Assembly: GCA_029260255.1 (NCBI GenBank)
Contig: JAJDDR010000046.1
Span: 1-48,875, forward strand
Source of the DNA: Phycisphaerae bacterium
Lineage (GTDB): Bacteria > Planctomycetota > Phycisphaerae > UBA1845
Length of the DNA: 48,875 bases
Direction: 5' to 3'
The stretch's first letter is position 1, and the number at the start of each line of letters is the position of its first letter. Both the position numbers and the translations under genes were made by a program. Positions 36,666-45,939 of the stretch are shown here, piece by piece. The notes beneath the pieces were generated by a model. The model saw only the letters and a list, made by a program, of their open reading frames with translations, ran no database searches and was not told the DNA's origin.

Positions 36666-38654
36666 ATGTCACTATTCGGTGACCGCGGAATCGGAGCGAA
36701 GATCGGACTCGGGTACGGCATCGTCACCCTGGTTCTGATCGGAGCGGTGTCGACCACCTTATGGCAGGTCGATCGTACGGCTGCTGTGACCGATCGCGTG
36801 GTCGACTTGCGGGCTCCCACCGCGCAGGCCGGCTTGGGGATGCTCAACGGAATCAACCACTCGCTGGCGGCACTACGCGGTTGGATGATCTTGGGCAAGG
36901 ACAAGTTCAAGGAGGAGCGCGCCAAGGCATGGTCGGAGGAGATCGAGCCGTCGATGGCCGTCATGAAGGAGTTCGCGGCCAATTGGACGGACCCGAAGAA
37001 CATCGAGCGCCTGGCGGTGATCGAGGCGAAGCTCGGTGACTTCAAATCGTTCCAAGGGGAGATCGAGGAGATTGCCCAGACGGTCGAGAACACGCCGGCC
37101 ACGAAGATCCTGTTTGAGCAGGCCGCCCCGAAGGCGAAGATTCTGGCTACGAACATCACCAAGATGATCGATCTGGAGGCGGAGCAGGGGGCTACGCCGG
37201 AGCGAAAGGCCCTCTTGGGAATGATGGCGGACGTTCGGGGAACACTCGGCTTGGGGCTCGGGGCCATTCGCGCCTACCTGCTTTCAGGGGACGAGAGTTT
37301 CAAACAGCAGTTCGAGAAGCTCTGGACCAAGAACACCAGGCGTTTCGGCGATCTTTCCGCACAAGTGGCGCTCCTGACGCCCGAGCAGCGTGAGGCCTAC
37401 GACCTCTTCGCCAAGACCCGCAAGCAGTTCGACCCACTGCCGCACGAGATGTTCGAGATTCGCGGAAGCGATGAGTGGAACCTGGCCAACCGATGGCTCG
37501 GGACGAAGGCGGCGCCCACGGCGTTCGCCATCAAGGAGAGCCTCGATGGCATGATCGTCAGCCAGCGGCAGCTCATGACAGCCGACATGGCTGAGGGCAA
37601 GCGCCTGACCGCGTTTCTCGTCAACGTCCAGTGGATTCTGCTGATCGGAGGCGTGATCCTGTGTGCGGTGCTCGGGACGATCATCACGCGCTCGATCACG
37701 AAACCGATCAATCGAATCATCGCCGGTCTCAATGACGGTGCCGATCAGGTGAATGACGCGGCGGGGCAGGTGTCCAGTTCCAGCCAGTCACTGGCGGCAG
37801 GGGCGAGCCAGCAGGCGTCATCGCTCGAGGAGACGAGTGCCGCACTCGAGCAGATGGCAGCGATGACCCGAACGAACTCTGAGAACGCCAAGCAAGCCAA
37901 CGAGTTGACGGCACAGGCACGTACCGCCGCCGAGAGCGGTGACGGTACAATGGGCCAACTCAACGAGGCGATGACGGCGATCAACGAGGCGTCCGGGAAG
38001 ATCAGCAGTATCATCAAGGTGATCGAGGAGATCGCCTTTCAGACAAACTTGCTGGCGTTGAACGCGGCGGTCGAGGCGGCCCGCGCAGGCGAGCACGGCA
38101 AGGGTTTCGCCGTGGTGGCGGATGAGGTGCGTAACCTGGCGCAGCGCGCCGCGGAGGCGGCCAGGGAGACGACCGGTCTGATCGGCGACTCGGTGAACAA
38201 GGCAAGGGAAGGGACGAGCATCGCCGGTAAGGTCGGATCGGCACTCACCGCGATCGTGAGCGACGTCTCGAAGGTCGCCGACCTCGTGGACGGCATCACG
38301 CGGGCGAGCGAGGAGCAGGCACAAGGCGTGGATCAGGTCAATTCCGCGGTGTCGGAGATGGACAAGGTCACGCAGCAGAATGCGGCCGGCGCCGAGGAAT
38401 CGGCGTCGGTGGCGGAACAGATGTCCGCGCAGGCCTCGGTCGTCAAGAGTACCGTCGACGATCTCGCAACATTGGTCAGAGGACAGGGGGGCGCGTCCGC
38501 GGGGCACCACATCGACAAACGTCCGGCGCGGCGGCCCGCGGCGAAGCGACCGGCGGCGGCGTACGCGAATCGTCCCAAGGTTGCCGCGGGGTCCAAACCC
38601 GGTCATGCGGAGGAGTTCATGTCGCTGGACGATGGGGGTCTCTCTGAGTTCTGA
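36666..38654 (+). CDS. Methyl-accepting chemotaxis protein (4HB/CHASE3-like sensor, HAMP, MA domain)
   Basis: 662 aa with two TM segments and HAMP ([14 protein letters not shown]). The highly conserved signalling hairpin is [48 protein letters not shown] lies 12 nt upstream of the ATG. Confidence 0.95.
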   Translation: MSLFGDRGIGAKIGLGYGIVTLVLIGAVSTTLWQVDRTAAVTDRVVDLRAPTAQAGLGMLNGINHSLAALRGWMILGKDKFKEERAKAWSEEIEPSMAVMKEFAANWTDPKNIERLAVIEAKLGDFKSFQGEIEEIAQTVENTPATKILFEQAAPKAKILATNITKMIDLEAEQGATPERKALLGMMADVRGTLGLGLGAIRAYLLSGDESFKQQFEKLWTKNTRRFGDLSAQVALLTPEQREAYDLFAKTRKQFDPLPHEMFEIRGSDEWNLANRWLGTKAAPTAFAIKESLDGMIVSQRQLMTADMAEGKRLTAFLVNVQWILLIGGVILCAVLGTIITRSITKPINRIIAGLNDGADQVNDAAGQVSSSSQSLAAGASQQASSLEETSAALEQMAAMTRTNSENAKQANELTAQARTAAESGDGTMGQLNEAMTAINEASGKISSIIKVIEEIAFQTNLLALNAAVEAARAGEHGKGFAVVADEVRNLAQRAAEAARETTGLIGDSVNKAREGTSIAGKVGSALTAIVSDVSKVADLVDGITRASEEQAQGVDQVNSAVSEMDKVTQQNAAGAEESASVAEQMSAQASVVKSTVDDLATLVRGQGGASAGHHIDKRPARRPAAKRPAAAYANRPKVAAGSKPGHAEEFMSLDDGGLSEF

Positions 38655-38874
38655 GCCGGCAGGGCATTTTGAGCGAATCGTGCGGTGCTGCACATCGCTC
38701 CTCAATTGCGAGAAACCGGCGTCGTCACCGCGCGGACGTTATCTCCGACGCCGTCCCGACACCCGACTCGCCGCAACCCCCGGCCCGCGCCAATCGACAA
38801 ACGGTTCGGCACTGATCGTCTCGCCCGCTTCCACAGAAGCCGAACCCACACCTTGACCGATACGTACTCTTGGT

Positions 38875-39807
38875 ATGACCAGACGGGGTTTCGTAATCGC
38901 CGGTGTGTCCGCTGGTGCGTTTGTTCTGCTGGGCTGGACTGGCTTCATCGTGGCGCAGCGGCGGGCTCATGCGCTGCCCACCGTCGATTTCTGGGCGCAT
39001 GTCGACGGACCGAGAAAGCCGTGGCAACCGGTCGGCCGAATGGACACTTCACGGATCCCAGAGTCATCGGGCATCGTGGCCAGCCGACGGTATCCGGGCA
39101 TCTTCTGGACGCACAGCGATTCGTTCAACTCTGCGGCGATTTTCGCGGTGACCGAGGACGGGACGATCGTCGCGCGCATCAATGTGAGCGCACCGAACAG
39201 CGATTGGGAGGACATTGCGGTCGATGACGCGGGGTTCCTGTACATCGCGGATGTCGGAAATAACTTCCACTTCGACGCCCACCGGTATATCTACAAGATC
39301 CCCGAGCCGAACCCGCACAAGGACGCAGGCAAGACGGTGGCGCCCGTAGCCTCCTACGCGCTATCGTACCCGAAGAAGCCGTTTGACGCCGAGGCGTTCT
39401 TTGTCCGGGACGGCAGGATGTACCTCGTAAGCCGCCACGACGAGAAACGCGCGAGAATCTACCGCCTCGACCCGGGAGCACGCGATACGGTAACACCCAC
39501 GGAGATTGCGGCGCTTCGCGCCTATCGGGCGAACGGCGCGGACGTGTCAGATGATGGCACTTCGCTTGCAGTCTGCACGACGCGCGACACGTGGATCTAC
39601 CGCGTCAACAAGGACATGGCGCCTGTCCAAAGCGCGCGGCCGGTGATCGTGCGCTATCCCGACGACCAAGTTGAAGCATGCACCTTTGTCGGCAACGATC
39701 TGATACTCACCAACGAGAAGGGACAACTCTTCCGTATCACCGACGATGACATCAGGAACAAAGTGGTGTTCGTTCCGCCGAGCCTGGTGCCGCCCGACGC
39801 GCCGTAG
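38875..39807 (+). CDS. Hypothetical secreted/anchored beta-propeller-like protein (phytase-like / SdiA-regulated-like fold suspected)
   Basis: 310 aa. The N-terminus MTRRGFVIAGVSAGAFVLLG is Tat-like or an anchor. Further motifs are ESSGIVASRRYPGIFWTHSDS and NSDWEDIAVDDAGFLYIADVGNN. The function is not established. Confidence 0.65.
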   Translation: MTRRGFVIAGVSAGAFVLLGWTGFIVAQRRAHALPTVDFWAHVDGPRKPWQPVGRMDTSRIPESSGIVASRRYPGIFWTHSDSFNSAAIFAVTEDGTIVARINVSAPNSDWEDIAVDDAGFLYIADVGNNFHFDAHRYIYKIPEPNPHKDAGKTVAPVASYALSYPKKPFDAEAFFVRDGRMYLVSRHDEKRARIYRLDPGARDTVTPTEIAALRAYRANGADVSDDGTSLAVCTTRDTWIYRVNKDMAPVQSARPVIVRYPDDQVEACTFVGNDLILTNEKGQLFRITDDDIRNKVVFVPPSLVPPDAP

Positions 39808-39812
39808 ACACG

Positions 39813-40601
39813 CTACTCTTCCGTGACGGTGATGAGGGTGTCCGGTTTCGCCGATTGTCCCAGCCCGAAGTGGACCTGCGGATGAACGGCGGTGAACGCA
39901 CTGGTCGTGGTGAGCACCTCACCCACGAGCGCGAGGTCGCCGGCGGTGGCTTCGACCCGGGCGCCAATGCCGAAGCGATTGGACCGCGTGCCGACAAGCC
40001 GGATCGTGATCCAGTGGTTGTCGCCCCCGGACTCGTTGAGCAGGCAGACGAAGGTCTCTTCGAGGTTTATGAAGAAGAACGCGTTGCTGCGACAGATGTC
40101 CTCGCGCCCGTCGCCGTTGTTGACGAACAGGTCCACGCCGCCGGGAATCTCCTGCACGGACAGTATATCGAGCCACCCATCTTCATTCACGTCGGAGAGG
40201 TGTACCGACCAAGTGGGCACGTGGTACTCCACATCAGCGGTTTCGGGCGCGAGACCGCGAGCGAGCGAGCCCGCGATTCCCGCGCGGTCGGTGAGGTCCT
40301 CGAAAACGGGAACCCCGTCGGTCACGCCGACGTTGTGCAGGAGCATGTTCGGCGTATCGGGCAGATTACGAAACAAGGGCGAAGTCGAGATCGGTGATGC
40401 GGTACCGCCCGATGTACAGATCCAGCAGCCCATCGTTGTCAAAATCGCCAACGCCGACGCCGGCGGCGGGGAGAAGCTGCTACCCGTGATGTCGCGCATG
40501 GCCGCGGCGGTTTTGACGCTGCTTACCGTCATTTGCGTGTCGCACGCCGCGGTCAGAGCAAAGATTGGCGCCAACATTCCCGGAACAAGCATGTGCTTCA
40601 T
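39813..40601 (-). pseudogene. Decayed CRTAC1 / ASPIC-UnbV + FG-GAP(VCBS) family gene (at least 2 frameshifts, truncated)
   Basis: The ORF frame gives a signal peptide (MKHMLVPGMLAPIFALTAAC), NMLLHNVGVTDGVPVFEDLTDRAGIAG, DVNEDGWLDILSV, LFVNNGDG and an UnbV-like NHWITIRLVGTRSNRFGIGARVEA...HFGLG. The canonical FG-GAP repeat VGVGDFDNDGLLDLYIGRY is readable only in another frame (40369-40479), bounded by stops. At ~260 aa it is far shorter than the usual ~600. Confidence 0.55.
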
Positions 40602-40827
40602 CACGCAACCCTCGCAAACCGGTGTTTCCCTGAATCGTCCGCCCGGCCGCCCGCGGTCACCGGGGGCAACGCGGTCGATGAACCGCATTATCAGGGTCAT
40701 ACCATCGGATTTCCCGGTTGTCGGCGGTCGGACGGCGTTTCCGCGTGACATCGCCGCGGCTTTACGCCAGCCAGCCGGAAAACGGAAAAATCACCCATCT
40801 TGCCAGCATCGAAGGCGGGGGGTGCCG

Positions 40828-40992
40828 CTGGTTCACTGGTTCACGGGTGTGACCATTGATTGTGGCATGCCAGGGGTAGGGCGGGTTCCACCCGCCTTCT
40901 TCCTCGGTTGCGGCGGGTAGAACCCGCCCTACGGCATGTCCCTGACCAATGATGCCACAGAGAATGGTCACACCCCTGGTTCACTGGTTCAC
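40828..40992. mobile_element. MITE-like element: 131-nt composite palindrome flanked by 17-nt direct repeats
   Basis: The direct repeat CTGGTTCACTGGTTCAC is at 40828-40844 and 40976-40992. The terminal inverted repeats are GGGTGTGACCATTgatTGTGGCAT (40845-) and ATGCCACAgagAATGGTCACACCC (-40975). The core holds two inverted REP-like copies, GTAGGGCGGGTTC...GAACCCGCCCTAC (40876-40932). No ORF. Confidence 0.5.
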
Positions 40993-41010
40993 CCGTGGCG
41001 TTGTCGGGGC

Positions 41011-41038
41011 TTGACAGTCGTCGTGCCTGATGTACACT
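41011..41038 (+). promoter_or_regulatory. Candidate sigma-70-type promoter for the RNA-binding protein gene
   Basis: TTGACA (41011-41016), a 16-nt spacer, then TACACT (41033-41038). This would give a ~165-nt 5' UTR before ATG 41210. Confidence 0.4.
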
Positions 41039-41209
41039 ACAGGGTAGTTGGTTCGTCGAACGAGGCACATCCTTGATCTTGGTTCACCAAGCCCGGATAG
41101 CTCAGCCAGTATCGTCCACCTACCTTCAAGGCCGGACTGTCGGCCGCTTTCACATACGACCCTGAAAGAGAAAACGCGGGTCGTGCAGGCCATCGACACG
41201 GAGTAAGCG

Positions 41210-41566
41210 ATGGGCAAAAAGCTGTATATTGGAAACCTCAGTTACGATGTCACGAGTTCTGATCTGGAGGCAATGCTGTCTCCGCACGGCACGGTTCAGA
41301 GCGCCGAAGTCATCACCGATCGATCGACCGGTCGGAGCAAGGGGTTCGGATTCGTCGAGATGAACTCGGACTCGGAGGCTCAGGACGCGATCTCCGCACT
41401 GAACGGTCAGGATCACGGCGGTCGTGCGCTGACGGTCAACGAGGCCAAGCCTCGTGAGCCGCGCGCCGGCGGCGGTGGCGGTGGCCGCGGCGGCTACGGT
41501 GGTGGTGGCGGCGGCGGTGGCGGCTATGGTGGTGGCGGTGGCGGTGGTCGCCGAGACCGCTACTAG
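41210..41566 (+). CDS. RRM-type glycine-rich RNA-binding protein
   Basis: 118 aa. RNP2 is KLYIGNL and RNP1 is KGFGFVEM. The C-terminal GGYGG-rich tail is encoded by (GGY)n. Confidence 0.94.
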   Translation: MGKKLYIGNLSYDVTSSDLEAMLSPHGTVQSAEVITDRSTGRSKGFGFVEMNSDSEAQDAISALNGQDHGGRALTVNEAKPREPRAGGGGGGRGGYGGGGGGGGGYGGGGGGGRRDRY

Positions 41567-41614
41567 ACCGGAGCGGGTTCTCACCCCGCTTGCCGAGTTT
41601 CGTTGAATTCCTGC

Positions 41615-41647
41615 GGGCCAGTCGTTTTCGACTGGCCCTCCTTTTTT
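41615..41647 (+). terminator. Rho-independent terminator after the RNA-binding protein gene
   Basis: GGGCCAGTCG-tttt-CGACTGGCCC forms a perfect 10-bp stem. It is followed by TCCTTTTTT. Confidence 0.85.
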
Positions 41648-41719
41648 GGCTGCCGAACGGGTGGGCCGGGGACAGCGCGCACGATTTGTGTTCAAATCAG
41701 TACATCAGGAGGTCGCTCT

Positions 41720-42070
41720 ATGAACATCCGCGGAATGGTATTTGTCGGGTTCAACAGACGCGTCGCCGCGCTCGATCGGGACACGGGGACGACCCTCTGG
41801 CGGTGGGAAGCTCCGGAGGGCAGGGGCTTCGTGTCGCTGTTGCTCGACAACGATCGACTCTTCGCCGCCGTCAACGGTTACACCTACTGCCTCGATCCCA
41901 CCAACGGCCAGCAGCTCTGGTTCAATCCGATGAAGGGCTTCGGCATGGGCACGACATCGATCGCCACGGTCGGGGGTAACACCGGGCACGCAATTCTCGG
42001 ACAGGCGGCCGCAGAGCAAGCGCGAGCCCGCGGCGCCGCGGCTGGTGGCGGAGCCGCCGGAGCGTCGTAG
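41720..42070 (+). CDS. Small PQQ-like beta-propeller-repeat protein (116 aa), hypothetical
   Basis: ATG 41720 is preceded by AGGAGG. The repeats VFVGFNRRVAALDRDTGTTLWRW and LFAAVNGYTYCLDPTNGQQLWF are PQQ/BamB-type blades. The C-terminal tail is Ala/Gly-rich. Confidence 0.6.
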   Translation: MNIRGMVFVGFNRRVAALDRDTGTTLWRWEAPEGRGFVSLLLDNDRLFAAVNGYTYCLDPTNGQQLWFNPMKGFGMGTTSIATVGGNTGHAILGQAAAEQARARGAAAGGGAAGAS

Positions 42071-42226
42071 CGAATCGCGTCGTGTCCGCGTCCTGACCGG
42101 TCCACGACCTGACAAATGTTTTACAATACTCTGACAGCGATCTGACCACCTCCTCTTCGCTCGATCGTACGATTTGAGTGTGCGGTGCGCGACTCGAAAG
42201 ACGATCAAAGAAGAAGGAGTTTTGCG

Positions 42227-43591
42227 ATGAACAGATCTCGAATAGCCCTGGTTGTTATCCTGCTGCAGGCACTGTGGGGTGCGCAGCCGAACGTTCATGC
42301 CCGGGAGGCGGCGCTCGACGTTTCCCTGGCTCATCCAACATTGCTGGCCGGAACGCCGCAGACGACTTATCTGAAGGTCGGGCTGACGGGGTTCGCGATG
42401 TCGGCGACGGAGAAGCGGCCACCCGTCAATGTCGCGCTGGTGCTGGACAAGTCCGGGTCGATGATCGGCAACAAAATCGCCCAGGCCAAGGACGCCGCGA
42501 TCCGCGCGCTCGACCGACTCGATGCCAACGACATCGTGTCGGTGGTGGTATACGACTCGACGGTCCGCGTGGTCGTTCCGGCCACCAAACTGACCGACAA
42601 GCACGCGGTTCGTCAGGCCATCGCGCGCATCGACGCCGGCGGCAACACCGCCTTGTTTGGCGGTGTCAGCAAAGGCGCCGCCGAGGTCCGCAAGTTTCTC
42701 GACGGCAAACGCGTGAACCGCGTCATACTGCTCTCGGACGGTTTGGCGAACGCCGGACCGTCGACGCCGAGCGATCTCGGGGAGTTGGGCGCGTCGTTGA
42801 TGAAGGAGGGCATCGCGGTTTCGACGCTCGGTCTAGGCCTCGACTACAACGAGGACCTGATGGTCGAACTCGCCCGTCGCAGCGACGGGAACCATGTGTT
42901 CGTGGAGCAGGCCACCGAACTTGCCGCCGTCTTCGACCGCGAATTCAATGACGTCACCTCGGTCGTCGCGCAGGACATCACCATCACAATTCACTGCGCC
43001 GCGGGGATCCGCCCTGTGCGCCTCCTGGGGATTGACGGTGAGATCAACGGGCAGGACGTGGTTGTTCGGCTGAACCAACTCTACAGCGAGCAGGAGAAAT
43101 ACGCACTTCTCGAGGTCGCCGTTCCGGGATCGGAAACGGCGCAGGTCCGGCCGGTCGCCGATGTGAGCGTGTCCTATGCCAACATGGAAACCAAGACGAC
43201 CGACCGGCTGACGGGTGCGGTCAGCGCACAGTTCGACTCGTCTCCGAGTATTGTCAAGGAACGCGTGAATGCCAAGGTGATGACTGAATACGTGTTGCAG
43301 ATCGCCAACGTGCGAAACGCGCAAGCCCTGGTCTTGCGGGACCAAGGGAAGACCCGGGAAGCGCGAGCCTTGCTCGAATCGAACGCCGCATACCTCGGTG
43401 ACCAGGCGGCGGAGCTGAAGTCGGACAAGCTCCAGCAGCGGTGTTCGGACAACACGATTCAATCGAAGAACCTGGACGCGAAAACGTGGAAACGAACGCG
43501 CAAGGACATGCGTGAACAACAAATCGAAGACGCTCGGCAACAGGGTCCGATGCAACAGGAACAACCCGCGTCAAAGGATCCGGACTGTTGA
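42227..43591 (+). CDS. Secreted von Willebrand factor type A (vWA) domain protein
   Basis: ATG 42227 is preceded by AAGGAG. The signal peptide is MNRSRIALVVILLQALWGAQPNVHA. The MIDAS motif is VLDKSGSM, with downstream GGNTALFGG and ILLSDGLAN. The C-terminal ~150 aa are helical and charged. Confidence 0.9.
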   Translation: MNRSRIALVVILLQALWGAQPNVHAREAALDVSLAHPTLLAGTPQTTYLKVGLTGFAMSATEKRPPVNVALVLDKSGSMIGNKIAQAKDAAIRALDRLDANDIVSVVVYDSTVRVVVPATKLTDKHAVRQAIARIDAGGNTALFGGVSKGAAEVRKFLDGKRVNRVILLSDGLANAGPSTPSDLGELGASLMKEGIAVSTLGLGLDYNEDLMVELARRSDGNHVFVEQATELAAVFDREFNDVTSVVAQDITITIHCAAGIRPVRLLGIDGEINGQDVVVRLNQLYSEQEKYALLEVAVPGSETAQVRPVADVSVSYANMETKTTDRLTGAVSAQFDSSPSIVKERVNAKVMTEYVLQIANVRNAQALVLRDQGKTREARALLESNAAYLGDQAAELKSDKLQQRCSDNTIQSKNLDAKTWKRTRKDMREQQIEDARQQGPMQQEQPASKDPDC

Positions 43592-45180
43592 CGCGAAAGT
43601 ACCTCGCCCTCTTTTGGCTGATTGTGTGCTTGCCGCTGGCCGTGATCGTTGTGATCGGCTGGCGGCTCGCACGCGATGAGCACGGCATGGCACGCCAGCG
43701 CCTGCGCGAGGTGATGCTCGTCAGGCTGCACGACACGGCGCTTGTCGTGTCGGACTACTTTCAAAGACGCGAGCGCCGGCTGGACACGCTGCTGGAGTCG
43801 GTCAGCCTCGATCCGGATTCGCTGCGACAACTCGTTCGCCGCGAGCCCCACGTCGGTCAGGTGTTTGTGTTGCAGGCGAACGGCACACTGCTGCATCCCG
43901 ATCCCGGTGGACAACTGAACGACGCCGAACGCCGGTTTCTCACCGACTCGCGGGACATGTTCGCGCACAACGATCTCCTGCGCGCAGTGACCGGAGGCGA
44001 CGACGGTGCCGCGCCCGCTGCGAGCGGCTGGGTCGTACGATTCTGGGGATCGGGGCTCAACATGGTGTACTGGCGACGCCTGCCTTCGGGGAAGCTTGCC
44101 GGCGTGCTCATGCAGCGCGCCCGCTGGATCGCAGACCTTATCGCCGTGCTTCCGGAGACGGCCGACGCCGCGCGGTCCAGCGAAAACGAGTCGTGGGAAA
44201 CGCGCATTCGGCTGATCGATTCCAATGGGCGGGCGGTCTACGAATGGGGGTCGTTCGAGCCCGACAACGGCGCCGCCCCGTTCCAGGAGTTGGCCCCGGC
44301 GTACCCGCTGTCTTCGTGGCGATTGCAGCACTTCGTCGATGAGAGCGCGTTGGCCACAGTCGGAAGAGGCGCGTACTTCAACTTCATCACCGTCCTGGCG
44401 GCGACCGGGCTGGTCCTGGTGATGGCGGGTGCGCTGTTCTACCGCGAATACAAACGGCAAGTTCGCGAGGCATTGCAGCGCGTCAGCTTCGTGAACCAGG
44501 TGTCCCATGAACTGAAGACACCGCTGACCAACATCCGGATGTACGCCGAACTGCTGGAGAGCGACCTCCAAGGGGAGTGTGCCGAGCAGGACCAGGCGCC
44601 GCGCGATCACCTCAAGGTAATCGTCGAGGAGAGCCAACGGCTCAGCCGCCTCATCGGCAACGTATTGACGTTCGCTCAACAGGAGCGCTCGCAACTCATC
44701 CTGCATCCGAGAGCGGCCGTCGTCGACGATGTCATCGCCACCGTCATACAGCGTTTTGATCCGGCGTTGCGCCGCCGCGGGGTGGAGGTCGTTTTTGAAC
44801 GGTCGGCCGGAGCGTTGGTCGAGGTTGATGTAGACGCGCTCGAGCAGATTCTCGGCAACCTCCTGGGCAACGTGGAGAAGTATGCGGCCACCGGCAAGCG
44901 TCTGGAGGTCGTCAGCCGCCAGGCGAGTGCCGACACGGTGATCGTTCTCAGCGACGACGGACCGGGGATTCCCGCGCGTCACCGCGAGCGTGTGTTCCGA
45001 CCGTTCCAACGCTTGTCGAACGACATCGCCGACAGCCCGGGCACCGGGATCGGTCTGTCCATCGCCCGGCAACTCGCGCGACTTCACGGCGGCGACCTCG
45101 TTCTGGTTCCCTCTGCGCGCGGGGCTACGTTCGAGGTTCGTCTCGACACGCCGCGCAACGAAAGTGAGGCGTCCGCGTGA
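43588..45180 (+). CDS. Membrane sensor histidine kinase with a ~250-aa periplasmic domain
   Basis: The TTG start overlaps the vWA stop (TTGA). TM1 is LALFWLIVCLPLAVIVVIGW and TM2 is FNFITVLAATGLVLVMAGALF. The H-box is VSHELKTPLTNI, the N-box is LGNLLGNVEKYA, and the G-boxes are DDGPGI and GTGIGLSIA. Confidence 0.9.
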   Translation: MTRKYLALFWLIVCLPLAVIVVIGWRLARDEHGMARQRLREVMLVRLHDTALVVSDYFQRRERRLDTLLESVSLDPDSLRQLVRREPHVGQVFVLQANGTLLHPDPGGQLNDAERRFLTDSRDMFAHNDLLRAVTGGDDGAAPAASGWVVRFWGSGLNMVYWRRLPSGKLAGVLMQRARWIADLIAVLPETADAARSSENESWETRIRLIDSNGRAVYEWGSFEPDNGAAPFQELAPAYPLSSWRLQHFVDESALATVGRGAYFNFITVLAATGLVLVMAGALFYREYKRQVREALQRVSFVNQVSHELKTPLTNIRMYAELLESDLQGECAEQDQAPRDHLKVIVEESQRLSRLIGNVLTFAQQERSQLILHPRAAVVDDVIATVIQRFDPALRRRGVEVVFERSAGALVEVDVDALEQILGNLLGNVEKYAATGKRLEVVSRQASADTVIVLSDDGPGIPARHRERVFRPFQRLSNDIADSPGTGIGLSIARQLARLHGGDLVLVPSARGATFEVRLDTPRNESEASA

Positions 45181-45863
45181 AAGTACTGCTGGCAGAGGAC
45201 GACCAACTGATTCGCGACGGTCTGACGGAGATCCTGAGCCGCGAAGGCTACAGCGTCGTTCAGGCCGGCGACGGCGAAGCCGCATTGACGTTGTTCCACT
45301 CGGAATCTCCGGATTTCGTGTGCCTCGACATCATGATGCCCAAGATGAGCGGCTATGAGGCGTGCAAGAAGATGCGCGCCTCCCGGCCGGGCGTGCCGAT
45401 CATCTTCATCAGCGCCAAGTCGGAGGAGATTGACAAGGTCGCCGGACTGGAGATGGGCGCCGACGACTACATCGTCAAGCCGTTCGGAGTGAAGGAAGTG
45501 GTCGCTCGCATCCGCGCCGTGACCCGCCGCTGCTACGCGGAGGGACGGAATTCGACCGAAGAACGCAGTTTTGCGATGGGTGATCTGGCGGTGTTCCCGC
45601 GCGAACTCCGAGCCCGTCGCGGTGACACGACCATCGATCTGAGCCTGCGCGACATCAGAATACTGCGGTTGCTCTGCGAGCATCGCGGGAAGGCACTGGC
45701 CCGCCACACGATCTTCGATCATTGCTGGGGGGAGATGTACTTGCCGAATAGCCGCACGCTCGATCAGCACATCTCGCAACTCCGCAAGCGTATCGAGTTG
45801 TCGCCGAAGTCGCCCAAGATCATCCACACGGTGCACGGCGTGGGCTACCGATTCGACGGTTGA
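45177..45863 (+). CDS. OmpR/PhoB-family response regulator
   Basis: The GTG start overlaps the kinase stop (GTGA). The receiver domain reads MKVLLAEDD...FVCLDIMMPKMSG...DDYIVKPF. The winged-helix C-terminus ends IHTVHGVGYRFD. Confidence 0.93.
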   Translation: MKVLLAEDDQLIRDGLTEILSREGYSVVQAGDGEAALTLFHSESPDFVCLDIMMPKMSGYEACKKMRASRPGVPIIFISAKSEEIDKVAGLEMGADDYIVKPFGVKEVVARIRAVTRRCYAEGRNSTEERSFAMGDLAVFPRELRARRGDTTIDLSLRDIRILRLLCEHRGKALARHTIFDHCWGEMYLPNSRTLDQHISQLRKRIELSPKSPKIIHTVHGVGYRFDG

Positions 45864-45939
45864 ATGCGGCGCCGGTTTGCCGTGCGGTTCCCGTGCGGTT
45901 ACATTGGCTTCGAGCGAGCATCGGGCAATCGACTCAACG

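Noticed and set aside
38637-38654. MCP C-terminus ...DDGGLSEF, considered as a CheR/CheB tethering pentapeptide.
   Set aside because: The canonical motif is NWETF, with an aromatic residue at position 2. GLSEF lacks the Trp, so there is no support from sequence alone.
41091-41150. tRNA-like 5' end GCCCGGATAGCTCAGCCAGTA in the rbp leader.
   Set aside because: Acceptor-stem plus D-arm-like start only. There is no GAGC D-stem return, no anticodon or T arm, and no complementary 3' acceptor strand (TCCGGGC). It is not a tRNA gene and at best a chance match or ancient fragment.
41466-41550. (GGY)n microsatellite-like DNA in the rbp gene, considered as a tandem repeat or phase-variation tract.
   Set aside because: It simply encodes the glycine-rich tail typical of bacterial RRM proteins. 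The units are imperfect (GGC/GGT/TAC mix), so slippage-based switching is unlikely.
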